The translations under genes were made by a program, and so were the position numbers. Below the pieces are notes generated by a model. That model did not search any database. It saw nothing but the letters and a program-made list of their open reading frames with translations, and had not been told where the DNA came from. From the IMG/VR virus record IMGVR_UViG_3300035235_000742: a DNA stretch of 64,000 nt; one strand, given 5' to 3'. Shown here piece after piece: positions 9,134 to 20,000 of the stretch. Position 1 is the stretch's first letter; each line of letters begins with the position of its first letter. Origin of the DNA: an uncultured virus (IMG/VR IMGVR_UViG_3300035235_000742). Taxonomy: Duplodnaviria; Heunggongvirae; Uroviricota; Caudoviricetes; Crassvirales.

Positions 9134-9820
9134 ATGAGAGAATATAAATTTAAAAACGCTAGCGAAGCCTTTGACTTTTATTATGGTACAATACCATATG
9201 AAGGTAAAAACTTTGGTAATACTAAAGCTATGTTTAACCAAGGCTTTACTATACTAAACCCAGTTGATCGCATAATAACTAATGAAGCTAGAAACTTCAA
9301 TGTTGAATATGCAGAAGCTGAATGGCAATGGTATTTATCAGGTGACCCATCTACAGCTAAGCTTGGTGAAATATATGGTAAGATACCTAAGATATGGCAG
9401 GATATGGCTGATGGCAATGGTAGAGTTAATTCTAACTATGGTTATCAATGGGAAAGAGGTTATCAACTAGATAAAGTCGTAGCTATGTTAAAAGAAAATT
9501 CTGATACAAGACAAGCCTGTATATCTATATATGATGGTAAAGAAATGAATAGATACAGACACGATACACCTTGTACTTACGCTGTACAGTTTACAGTTAT
9601 AGATAACAAGCTTGATATGTGTGTTACGATGCGTTCTAACGATCTTTGGTTCGGTTTCTGTAATGATCAATATCAATTCAGTAAACTGCAAGAGATGGTC
9701 TCAGAACGTACAGGATATGATGTTGGTGTGTATTATCATTTTGCACATAACCTACATATATATGATGATCAGTTACCAGAACAAAATACATTAACATCCA
9801 GAGCTAAACAATATGGATAA
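9134..9820 (+). CDS. thymidylate synthase-fold enzyme, dCMP hydroxymethylase/methylase-like
   Basis: PC catalytic Cys, MRSND, NLHIY; NSNYG and GFCND resemble T4 gp42 rather than ThyA (GLPFN). Confidence 0.85.
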   Translation: MREYKFKNASEAFDFYYGTIPYEGKNFGNTKAMFNQGFTILNPVDRIITNEARNFNVEYAEAEWQWYLSGDPSTAKLGEIYGKIPKIWQDMADGNGRVNSNYGYQWERGYQLDKVVAMLKENSDTRQACISIYDGKEMNRYRHDTPCTYAVQFTVIDNKLDMCVTMRSNDLWFGFCNDQYQFSKLQEMVSERTGYDVGVYYHFAHNLHIYDDQLPEQNTLTSRAKQYG

Positions 9821-10682
9821 AATAAATTATTATTTATACCATATACCGGGTAAAAAAATAGGTGTTACACGTGATCTTATAAGCAGAGTCGTAGAACAAC
9901 AAGGTTACGACTTAGACGAAGTAGAAGTTCTAGAGCAAAGTACAGATATAAATTATATATCTGACCGCGAGTTAGAACTTCAATTGTCTCACGGCTATAG
10001 GGTTGACAGACAAAAATACAAAGACTTGTATATTAATAAACCAAAAACCAAAAACAAAATGCACATAAACGCAACAGAGCAGACAAGCACATTTCCAGTA
10101 CCAAAATCTAAACTTAAAGGTAGATTAATGGATAACATGGGTATGACATGGTTAACATCTCACGGTAAGTTTGAGATTAACATGGATACAATAGCTTGGA
10201 TAATGAAAAACGTAACTACTTCTATGTATACAGCTGAAAGATGTTATATATATAATAAGTCTTTTGCTAAGTACTTTAAAACAGTTGAATTTCCTTTTGG
10301 TGATGATGCTTATCAAGCTTATCACGATACTTTAACTGAGAGAGTTAAACCAAGTAATGGTAATCCTAATTACAATGAACTTAATCTCGATAGGTTTCAG
10401 TTAATAAGAGACTGGGCTGGTACAAGAGGCTTATATAGTAAAGGCGATACTAAAACTCAGTTCTGTAAGCTAATGGAAGAAGCTGGCGAACTAGGTAGAG
10501 CTATACTAAAAGATGATAATCCTGAATTTAGAGATGCTATTGGTGATATGGTTGTAGTTCTTACAAACCTAGCTCATATGGGCGGAACAACTATTGAAGA
10601 TTGTATAGATGAAGCTTACGATGTTATCTCTAAGAGAACTGGTAAAATGGTTAACGGAACATTTGTTAAAGATGAAAAGTAA
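9813..10682 (+). CDS. fusion protein: N-terminal GIY-YIG-like domain plus C-terminal MazG-like NTP pyrophosphohydrolase
   Basis: C-terminus KLMEEAGEL..DAIGDMVVVL (MazG fold); N-terminus YYLY..KIGVTRDLISR..E. Confidence 0.75.
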   Translation: MDKINYYLYHIPGKKIGVTRDLISRVVEQQGYDLDEVEVLEQSTDINYISDRELELQLSHGYRVDRQKYKDLYINKPKTKNKMHINATEQTSTFPVPKSKLKGRLMDNMGMTWLTSHGKFEINMDTIAWIMKNVTTSMYTAERCYIYNKSFAKYFKTVEFPFGDDAYQAYHDTLTERVKPSNGNPNYNELNLDRFQLIRDWAGTRGLYSKGDTKTQFCKLMEEAGELGRAILKDDNPEFRDAIGDMVVVLTNLAHMGGTTIEDCIDEAYDVISKRTGKMVNGTFVKDEK

Positions 10683-11004
10683 GACTATTAAATTCAGAGA
10701 TCCAGTCGTTGAGAACGTTGTGGATAAGTTTGTATCAAGATCTGATGTTGGCTTTAACAAGTATGGCAGAACTTTAGACAGTGAACGTAAAGGTAAACAT
10801 AAAGACTTAGCAGGTTATCTTAACGATATACAAGAAGAGCTTATGGATGCTATACTATATATTCAAGCTGCACGTGAGGAATTAACAGAAGCTAAACCTC
10901 AACCTGAAGCTTTTAGGCCACCACATCCTAGCGATGCAGAAAACATATTAAGTGTTAACTCTCCATTACCAGGTGAAGAACTAGAATATGGTTCGCCGGT
11001 ATAG
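10672..11004 (+). CDS. putative all-alpha NTP pyrophosphohydrolase-like protein
   Basis: KYGRTL...QEELMDAILY (EExxD acidic motif); start re-assigned to the ATG at 10672. Confidence 0.55.
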   Translation: MKSKTIKFRDPVVENVVDKFVSRSDVGFNKYGRTLDSERKGKHKDLAGYLNDIQEELMDAILYIQAAREELTEAKPQPEAFRPPHPSDAENILSVNSPLPGEELEYGSPV

Positions 11005-11437
11005 CAAAAAGAAAGGTCCGGTAAGATCTAAAAAAGTTAAGCATGATGGAATACAATTTGCATCAGGGCTTGAAAAACACATGTATATAGCTTTAAAGAA
11101 AGCTAAAATTAAAGCACATTACGAGGGACAAACTTACGAGCTTGTCCCTTCTTTTAACTTTGAACAAGAAGCTTATGAAAGACAAAGCAATGGTAAAGGT
11201 GAGTACCGCAATAGAGGTAATAAGAAAATACTTAATATTAAGTATACTCCAGATTTTGTGGGAGATAATTTTATTATTGAATGTAAAGGACGTGCTAATG
11301 AATCTTTTCCCATACGCTGGAAGTTATTTAAAGCTTTTGTACATGAAAACTTACCGAACGTTACGTTATACAAACCTCAAAATCAAAAGGAATGCGAAAA
11401 GACCGTAAACTTAATTCTTTCGAGCAGAAAGACTTAG
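10988..11437 (+). CDS. T7 endonuclease I-like Holliday junction resolvase
   Basis: FASGLE, YTPDF, IIECKG motifs. Confidence 0.82.
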   Translation: MVRRYSKKKGPVRSKKVKHDGIQFASGLEKHMYIALKKAKIKAHYEGQTYELVPSFNFEQEAYERQSNGKGEYRNRGNKKILNIKYTPDFVGDNFIIECKGRANESFPIRWKLFKAFVHENLPNVTLYKPQNQKECEKTVNLILSSRKT

Positions 11438-11565
11438 CTAGAAGAAAATATGCTGAACGTCAATTACAAAAGTTTATAGACTGGAGTGTTGAGTCTAAAG
11501 GCTATTTAAAATATAAAGATTTAATGAAATATTCAGAGCAATATGGCGCAACAAAAATCACATAG
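11392..11565 (+). CDS. small hypothetical protein (57 aa)
   Basis: Read manually; fills the gap. Confidence 0.5.
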   Translation: MRKDRKLNSFEQKDLARRKYAERQLQKFIDWSVESKGYLKYKDLMKYSEQYGATKIT

Positions 11566-11677
11566 CAGAACAGAAATGGTTAAAATTAAAAGAAAAGGTA
11601 TACACGCTAAGACAAAAACATCTAGCTCTACCTCTAGCCCATTATATAAAAAGAAATACAACGGACAAGGAAGATGA
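11543..11677 (+). CDS. small basic protein ending YNGQGR (44 aa)
   Basis: Read manually; KKKYNGQGR C-terminus resembles common small phage proteins ending YxGQG. Confidence 0.6.
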   Translation: MAQQKSHSRTEMVKIKRKGIHAKTKTSSSTSSPLYKKKYNGQGR

Positions 11678-11901
11678 AAGAAAGTACATTATTAGAAATG
11701 CAAAATAAAATTGCGGCATTAACAAGAGTTGTGCAACAAATGATAAATGAAATGAATATACTTAGTACCACTGCAATGGGTACTTTAGAAACTGTAAAAT
11801 TAATACCAGGCTACGATAGAGCTATAGAGTTCTTAAAAAAAGAAGCTGAAAAATTAGAAAAAGAAAAAAAAGATGGAGTTATCGAACAAAATACTAAGTG
11901 A
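11674..11901 (+). CDS. hypothetical coiled-coil protein
   Basis: 75-aa coupled ORF. Confidence 0.65.
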   Translation: MKESTLLEMQNKIAALTRVVQQMINEMNILSTTAMGTLETVKLIPGYDRAIEFLKKEAEKLEKEKKDGVIEQNTK

Positions 11902-13735
11902 TATAACAGTGTATATGAAGTATGCTAAGTTCGTTCCTGAGTTGAATCGTAGAGAGACTTGGATAGAGCTAGTAGACAGAAACAAAGCTATGCATATTAA
12001 AAAATATCCAGAGCTAGCAGAAAAAATAAACGAGGCCTATAAATTAGTATATGATAAAAAAATTCTTCCAAGCATGCGTTCGTTACAATTCGGAGGTAAA
12101 CCGATTGAAATTAGCCCTAATCGCGTGTATAACTGCGCTTATCTACCAATTGATCACATTGATTCGTTTCACGAAACTATGTTCTTGCTGCTTGGAGGAA
12201 CCGGTGTTGGATACTCTGTACAAAATCATCACGTAAAACAAATGCCGCCAGTTAATCAACCTTATGCTAAAAGAACTAGAAGGTTTTTAATTGGTGATAG
12301 TATTGAAGGTTGGGGAGATGCTATTAAAGTTTTAATGAAGTCTTATATGGGTGAGAAAAGAAGTTCTACTGTAGAGTTTGACTATTCAGATATTAGACCT
12401 AAAGGTGCTCAGCTAGTTACTTCAGGTGGTAAAGCACCAGGACCTCAACCATTAAAAGAGTGTATACTAAAAATTAAAGGTATATTAGATGCTAAAGAAG
12501 ATGGAACACCACTAACTACAGTTGAAGCACATGACATAGTGTGTCATATAGCTGACTCAGTATTGGCTGGTGGTATTCGTAGAGCTGCTTTAATTAGTTT
12601 ATTTTCTGCTGAAGACAATGAAATGATTAGCTGTAAGTCAGGCACTTGGTGGGAAACAAACCCACAAAGAGGTAGAGCTAATAACTCAGCTGTGCTTATG
12701 AGACATAAAGTAACTCAAGAGTTTTTTATGGATTTATGGAAACGTGTTGAGCTATCAGGATCAGGTGAACCTGGTATATACCTTAATAACGATAAAGACT
12801 GGGGCACAAACCCTTGTTGTGAAATAGCATTAAGACCTTTTCAGTTTTGTAACCTATGTGAAGTAAATGCTAGTGATCTTGAATCACAAGAAGATTTTAA
12901 CTATAGAGTTAAGCAAGCTAGTTTCATAGGAACACTGCAAGCTGGTTACACTGACTTTCATTATTTAAGAGACATATGGAAAGATACGACAGAGAAGGAC
13001 GCCCTTATAGGTGTATCAATGACAGGGATAGGGAGTGCCGCTGTGCTGCAGTTGGATATGAAGGAAGCTGCAAATATAGTAAAACGAGAAAACACAAAGA
13101 CAGCTAAAGCTATTGGTATTAATCCAGCAGCTAGATGTACAACCGTGAAGCCTGCTGGGACGACATCTCTGGCATTAGGAACTTCATCTGGTATTCACGC
13201 ATGGCATAATGATTATTATACACGTAGGATTAGAGTTGGTAAAAATGAATCTATGTATAAGCATTTATCTAAACATCACCCTGAATTAGTTGAAGATGAG
13301 TTTTTTAGACCTCATGATACTGCTGTGATTAGTATACCACAAAAAGCTCCTGATAATTCTATATTAAGAATGGAATCTCCTTTTGATTTGTTTGAAAGAA
13401 TAAAGAAAGTTGCTCAAGAGTGGATTGTACCTGGCCATAGAAAAGGATCTAACACTCATAATGTTTCAGCTACAGTTAGTTTGAAGCAAACAGAGTGGGA
13501 TCAAGCTGGCAAATGGATGTGGGAAAATAGAGATCATTACAATGGTTTGTCTGTGTTGCCTTACGATGGTGGTACATATACTCAAGCACCGTTTGAAGAT
13601 ATAAGCAAAGTACAATACGATATGGCTATGAAACATCTTAAAGATGTTGATCTTAGTAAAATTGTAGAAACAGAAGACGAAACAGATCTTGCAGGAGAAT
13701 TAGCTTGTGCAGGTGATAATTGTGAAATAACATGA
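11873..13735 (+). CDS. nrdJ: class II (adenosylcobalamin-dependent) ribonucleotide reductase
   Basis: TNPCCEI, CNLCE, TVKPAGT, C-terminal CAGDNC; no beta subunit gene. Confidence 0.9.
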   Translation: MELSNKILSDITVYMKYAKFVPELNRRETWIELVDRNKAMHIKKYPELAEKINEAYKLVYDKKILPSMRSLQFGGKPIEISPNRVYNCAYLPIDHIDSFHETMFLLLGGTGVGYSVQNHHVKQMPPVNQPYAKRTRRFLIGDSIEGWGDAIKVLMKSYMGEKRSSTVEFDYSDIRPKGAQLVTSGGKAPGPQPLKECILKIKGILDAKEDGTPLTTVEAHDIVCHIADSVLAGGIRRAALISLFSAEDNEMISCKSGTWWETNPQRGRANNSAVLMRHKVTQEFFMDLWKRVELSGSGEPGIYLNNDKDWGTNPCCEIALRPFQFCNLCEVNASDLESQEDFNYRVKQASFIGTLQAGYTDFHYLRDIWKDTTEKDALIGVSMTGIGSAAVLQLDMKEAANIVKRENTKTAKAIGINPAARCTTVKPAGTTSLALGTSSGIHAWHNDYYTRRIRVGKNESMYKHLSKHHPELVEDEFFRPHDTAVISIPQKAPDNSILRMESPFDLFERIKKVAQEWIVPGHRKGSNTHNVSATVSLKQTEWDQAGKWMWENRDHYNGLSVLPYDGGTYTQAPFEDISKVQYDMAMKHLKDVDLSKIVETEDETDLAGELACAGDNCEIT

Positions 13736-13893
13736 GAAAGTTAGCAATAATTGGAGGTCTTAGCTTAATGACAGCTGGGACTTCGTACATGATGTGGCAT
13801 CCACATGCACCACAGTTTGATTTAAATCCCAATACATTAGCTATAGCTACTGGAGGATTTTTTGTAGCTGTAGGAATTACTTATAAATTTTAA
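13732..13893 (+). CDS. small membrane protein (53 aa)
   Basis: Read manually: two hydrophobic segments, ends GITYKF. Confidence 0.55.
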   Translation: MRKLAIIGGLSLMTAGTSYMMWHPHAPQFDLNPNTLAIATGGFFVAVGITYKF

Positions 13894-13904
13894 AATAAAA
13901 TGAT

Positions 13905-13952
13905 ATGTGCGGACTTTGTCTAGGCGGTATTTGTGAATACTGTAACAGCTAA
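13905..13952 (+). CDS. candidate 15-aa CxxC-x4-CxxC micropeptide
   Basis: MCGLCLGGICEYCNS* between the last ORF and the terminator. Confidence 0.35.
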   Translation: MCGLCLGGICEYCNS

Positions 13953-13957
13953 AATAT

Positions 13958-13991
13958 AAAAAGGGGAGGTCATTACGACTTCCCCTTTTTT
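13958..13991. terminator. bidirectional intrinsic terminator at the convergence of the two arms
   Basis: AAAAA-GGGGAGGTC-attac-GACTTCCCC-TTTTTT. Confidence 0.85.
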
Positions 13992-14034
13992 GGTTACAGG
14001 AACTTTGGGTATGGTGCCCAGTTTCTTTTGTTCC

Positions 14035-17000
14035 TTACTTTAGTTTTATTCCTTTTTTAAGTTTAATCCCACCTTTGAGTTTAACACCACTCTTAAGTTT
14101 AAAGCTACTGTTGGGTTTTTCTTCTTCTTGCTCATCTTTTATTTGCCACTTAGGCCAACCTAAAAACATTGCAACAGATTCCCAAGCTTCGTTGTCATCA
14201 GCAGTTGCATCTTTTAAATTTTCTATTTTTCTATACATTCTATCTAAAGGAACATTTGTTGTTGCTGATATTACCTTAGCCATAGATTCGTAAGCTGGAT
14301 TAGCAGGATTATAAGGACCCATGTTAAATACTTTTTCTCTAGCTTTCTTGCTATTGAAAGGATAACCAGCTTGTTCAATACCACTTAATTTTCTTTTAAT
14401 AGCAGGAGAAAAGTTTAATAACTGCTTATAAGCATCTGAATATTCTGGTCTTGACTTTTTAGTTCTATCATATATATCTATTCCTAAGTTTTTAATAACC
14501 TGAACACTAACACCAGCCATACCTAAACCTCTCAAGCTAGAGTCTAACATACCGTTAGCTGTTTTAACTAATTTCTTTTCTTGTTTTTTAGTAAGATCTT
14601 CGTTATCACCAGCTAGTAAAGAAAAAGTACCTTGCTGTAAAGTGTTAAAAATCATATTTTGTAAAAAACCATAATATGCTACTCTACCAATTCTAATTCT
14701 ATTGCTTTCAGCTAAGGTTTTACCTGGCATAGCTCTTTTATTAACCATGTCTTGAACATCTCTTTTTTGCATTCTAGCATACTGCATTGGAGTATTTACA
14801 TATTGTAATATGACTCTACCAATATCACTAGATTGTTGTTGAGATATTTTACTAGGATCAGAAGATTGCTGTGACATTTCAGAACTAGCTCTCCACTCTT
14901 TTAGTGCTTGAGCTTCTGCTTCTTTTAATGTGTATTTTCTAGGATCTGTTGGTGAGTCTACAATTCCATTTTTCATTAAATCATTAATTCTATTCCTATA
15001 AAACAAAGCGCCTCCAGAAGCTATAGCAAAACTATCAGCATACTTTGTTGGTGCATAACCTTTTTCTAGCATATAGTTTAATACTGCTTTAGCTTTGTTT
15101 TTAGATGTTTTAGCAGCATTAGCTATTTCAGATTCAGATATATTCAATTTAAGTCCATTACGTCTATCTACTAAGTAGTCAGAATTAATTAATTTAGAAT
15201 AATCTTTCCAATATTGAGGCTGATTAGCAAAAGCTTTACCTGCTTTAAGTGGATTATTAAAACTTTGATTTAGGAAATTAGCTGCTGATATAGTTTGAAG
15301 TAAAGCAGATCTAGTGTTTGCAAACATTGTAACTGCAGTTGATTGATTTATGTAATTCAACACATTATTAGTTAGCTTATTACCTCCGGGAGTTCTATTA
15401 CTTCCATTTTTCATCCTGGATAAACTATTTTCTAAAGCCTCTCTGTATTTAGCGCCATAAGCGGCTTCTAATTTATTTAAGTTATCTGGAGAAAATATAG
15501 CATTTTTATTGGTTTCAAACTCTTGTAAATATTTAGCTCTCTTTGTTGTTTGAAGTAAATCCATTAAATCAGTGGTTATAGTTCCTACAGCCCAATCTCT
15601 GCCTGGTTCTGAGTAACCGTCTCCTTTAGTAACTTCTAATATTTGATCTGCAAATGCTTGAAGTTTTGGATTACTTTCAATAACTTTATTTAGTTCTGCA
15701 AAATCAGTTTTAGAAAGTCCGGGTATTTCCTTACCAGTTTGACCCCACAGATAAGCTCTTACAGCTTGCTCGTTAGTAAAACCGCTTTCAGTCTTTAGTT
15801 TTAAATCTTTTGGAACTTGCAATTGTTCTTTTAAAGCTTTAAAATCAGCAAATAAATTAACTCTATCTTGTGATAAATTCTCTGTAGCTCTATTGTAAGG
15901 ATCTAATAAGTTTTTTTGATAAAAAGCCATATGAGCTTCACCCTCTTTACCTTTACCTAAAGTAGTATATAGTAGTCCAGTAAAATCTTCAGCAGATGAA
16001 GGTATAAAAAATCTTTGTCTTTTTTTAGTTGCACCTACTAATTTAGCCTTAACATCTGAATAAACTTTTTCACGACCAATACCAGAAGATTCTTCTAAGT
16101 TTTTATTAAATTCTTCAGATAAATTAAGAGAAGCTTTAGGTTTTTTAACTAATTGAGCAGTACCATTTAAATCATAAGCATTAAAAGCTGCTTTAGCGGC
16201 GTCAATATTACCAATAGCGTCATCAAAAAATGATATCTCATTAAAGCCTTCAGAATACTTTTCCACCATCCAATCAGCCTTTGCCTGTCCACTAGAATTG
16301 CCTAGTCCAACTACATTTTCTTCTTTAAAATTAGCTCCTTTAGATTTGAGCCACTTAAACAAAGGTCTTTGAGACTTTGGAGATCTAGCTGTTAAAACAT
16401 AAACGTTATCACCGCCTCTTTTGTTTATCATCTTTTTAGCCGCTTCCAGAAGTGGACCAGGTTTTCCATCAACTACTCTATCAAAGTCTTCAAAATTCAT
16501 TTCCCAACCTTGATCTTTTAATTTCTCGCCACTTTTAGCAAACTCAGCAGCGTTTAAAACTTTTATTTTTCCTTCTTTAATTAACTTTTTAGTTCCACTT
16601 GTTGGTTGTCCTTTTTTGTTTAACTTAACTTTAACACCATTAGACGCATAAACTTTACTGTTTGAATATAATAAAACATCGTCAGCATCAAGAACTCTTA
16701 GTTTTGGTAAAGCTTTATCTAAATCAATAACTTTTATAGGTTTTGGTTTTACTTTATCTAAAGGTATTCTACTATTAGAGTTAGCTTTATCTATTATTCC
16801 TAAAGGCTTTATAGTGCCTTTAACATCTAAAGTTTTTCCTTTGTCTTTACCTAGAACTTCACTAACTTCCGTAACGTTTTCTGGCCTAGTTGTTAAACCA
16901 GCTTCATTAATAACCTCAAGATTGTTTGTAACAACTTCATTAGTTTCTTTTATATTATTTAATATTCGTTTAACTTCAACGCCGCTACTACTCAGTTCAT

Positions 17001-20000
17001 TATCAGGTATTTTATTTATAGATTGTTTAGCTATTTCTATTCCTTTTTCATTAATTATCATATCAGCAACTGTAGATGCTTGATAATCTCCTGACAAAAT
17101 TATTGTATTAGCAGCTTCGTTTTTGCTTACAAAAGTATTTATATCTTTATTTTTAGAAAACTGAAACCCTCCTCCTTTTGCATCTTTTAACTTTTGATTT
17201 TGCTTAGTAGTCAACGCTTGAGAAAAATCTGAAACGTGGTTTTTTATTTCTATTTCAAGTTTTTCAGGATTATTTTTATATTTTGCTAATATTCTTAAAA
17301 ATCCCATGTTGGCATTAGATAATTCTTTCATATGCTCATTATGGAACTTTGTTCCAGTAGGATTGTCTATAGCGGGAGCTTCTCTTAAAGAAAGATATTC
17401 CATAGGAACTAATCCTTTTAATATGCTTTCTTGAGAATTAGTTTGCATTTGTAAAAAAGTAAAAATGTTTTCTATAGTTTCTTTAGTAGGGTTTTCTAAA
17501 TAGTTTTTAGCTAAATTGTTATATAACAAGCTAATTGCTTTTCTATTAGCTGTCATAGTTCTTTCATAAGCGTCAGGCAACATTTTGCCATTTGCATCAA
17601 CAAGTTTTGGATTACTTAATAATTGTCTACCTCTCGATGTTAAATACTGCTTATATGCTAACTTATCTGATGTTTCCCAATTAGGAAATTCTTCTTTAGC
17701 TTCTGCTAATGCTTTTGACCAACTCTTTTTTAATCCTGATTCATTGTAATTTGGTTGCCAAACATCATACATCCAGTCCTCAACCTCTAATGATGTCTTT
17801 TCATTACCAAACACATCGTTAAATTCTTTAACTGGCATATAGTTAGGATCTACAAAATCTTTTAAATTTTTATCAAACTTTTGATATTTTTCAGGAGTAA
17901 AACTACCTTTTATTTTACCTTTGCCTAATGTTATTTCTAAATAATTTCTAAAATCTGGAGGTAAAGAACTTAAAGATGGAAATAAAGATAATATTTTTTT
18001 ATTACTTTTAATAAATCTAGGTGCATAATCTTCATATGTTAAATTAACAGATCTATTACCTAAAGCCTTGTAATCTAATTTCCCCTTTTTAAAGCCAAAT
18101 ATTTTTTCTACTTCAGGGAAATTATCTTTAAAAAACTTAATTTCTTTTTCAGCTTTTTCTTGAGCTGCTTTTTCTATTTTTGAATCTGCTTTTTCTATAA
18201 CCCTAATATCTTCTTTAGCTTTGTTCCACCAATCTAGTATTTTATTTGCATCTCTAAAATCAACTATTAAACCTATTTTTAAATCTGTGTCTTTTAAACC
18301 ATATTTCTTTGCTAGCTTTTTTCTATCTACTTTTTTTCCTAAATTTTCAAAATAAGTAAGCTCTTCCATGAAACCTTCAAGAGATTTTGAAGGTAAAGCA
18401 TCTGATTTACCAGATTTTAAATCTTCTATTTGATTAGCTGTTAATTCTTTTACTCTTCTTATTTCATAGTTAGTTATGGCTTTGCCTTGTTGGTGTATAA
18501 GAGATTTTATTCTTTGATCAATTTTACCGTTATCTTTTAAAGTTTCAAAAACACCATCTTTTATACCAAAATATTCTAAAAATTTAGCTTCGTCAAAAGG
18601 TAGTTTAGTTTGCTCAACATTACCTTGCTTGTTGTTAATTCTACCTTTTTGCTCATAAAAAGCATTTAATAAATTTGGTTGAATACCAGTAGAAGTTCCT
18701 CTAATTTTTTCACTAGCACCTTTATCAGTTATGTTTTTAGGTAAATTATCATATAAAGCTCTAGCATTTTCACTAATAAATTTTTGAGAAAGTTCAACTT
18801 CTTTACCTGACAACCTAGTAGATGTTTTACCTTTAAAACTACCATTCTCATTGTTTACTTTCTTTTCACCAACCCCAAACTCTGCAGCAATGTTAGACTT
18901 GTCTAAAGTAGTTTTATAACTTTCAATACCTTCTTCAGCAAGGTCTAATTCTATAATTGCATTTTCTAGTTCTTCAGAAGATTTTTCAACATTTTTATAT
19001 AACCTAGTTGGAACTATTTCTCCTTTATTATCTATTAGACCAGCTTCTACATCTCCTAATATTCCACTCTGCTTGAGACTTGAAGAAGTGGGTTCTGTTA
19101 AATTAGCCATAGCTATTTCACCTGCTTCACCACCTAATCTATCCGATACAAACTCCAACTTACCTTCAGAGTTTTTCACCATTATTTTTCCTCCTTTTTC
19201 AAAAGCGTTAACCAGCTGGCTACTAAAACCTCTAGGCTGGTTTATATACTTACCAAAACTACCTCCACCTTCTGAAGGATCCCATCTACCAGTGTATTCA
19301 TATAGTTGTTTATCTAAATAATCCATAATACCTTCATAAGATACTTCTCCGTATTTTTCTTTGAGAACTCCAGTACTTCCAAAGCTTCTTCTTTCGTAGT
19401 TATTTATTAAGTCATACTTTTTAGCTTGATTATTCATGTATAGATTAAATCTATCTTCGTCTGTAACTAATTCTTTTAAGCTTTTTCCTGGATTATCTAT
19501 TGCTCTTTCAAAAATTCCTTTTTCAATCTTTTCATTTTCAGCTACAATTTCATCAGTAGTTTTTCTTGATAAATCAAAAGAACCTATAGCTTTCTTAGCT
19601 TCGTTAAACTTGTACCCTTCTCTTGCAGTTTCAGCTTCAGCATTACCCTCTTCTGTTAACCTTTCTCTTATATTAATTTTTTCTAATTCGTCACCTACTT
19701 TATTTAAGTTCCCATAAATACCGGATACTAAATTATTAACACTTTGGTTTTTATTACTACGCTGAACTATATTAGCTATTTGTCTTACAAGCTGATTTAC
19801 ATTTGTAGGTACATTGTTTTTTATACCTAGTTCTATACCAATACCTCTAAATTCTAATGATATTTCTTTTAATAGTGTATTAGCTACATCTGGGCTACTA
19901 TAAAAAACTTTAGGATTAGAAAGATATTCACCAACAAAAGATAAATATTCATTTGCCATTTCTCCAGTTGTTGACTGTTCAGATAAATTTATATTATATT

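Noticed and set aside
9134..9820. Plain thyA annotation
   Set aside because: Asp replaces the dUMP-determining Asn and the DRTG motif is absent, so the gene symbol was withheld.
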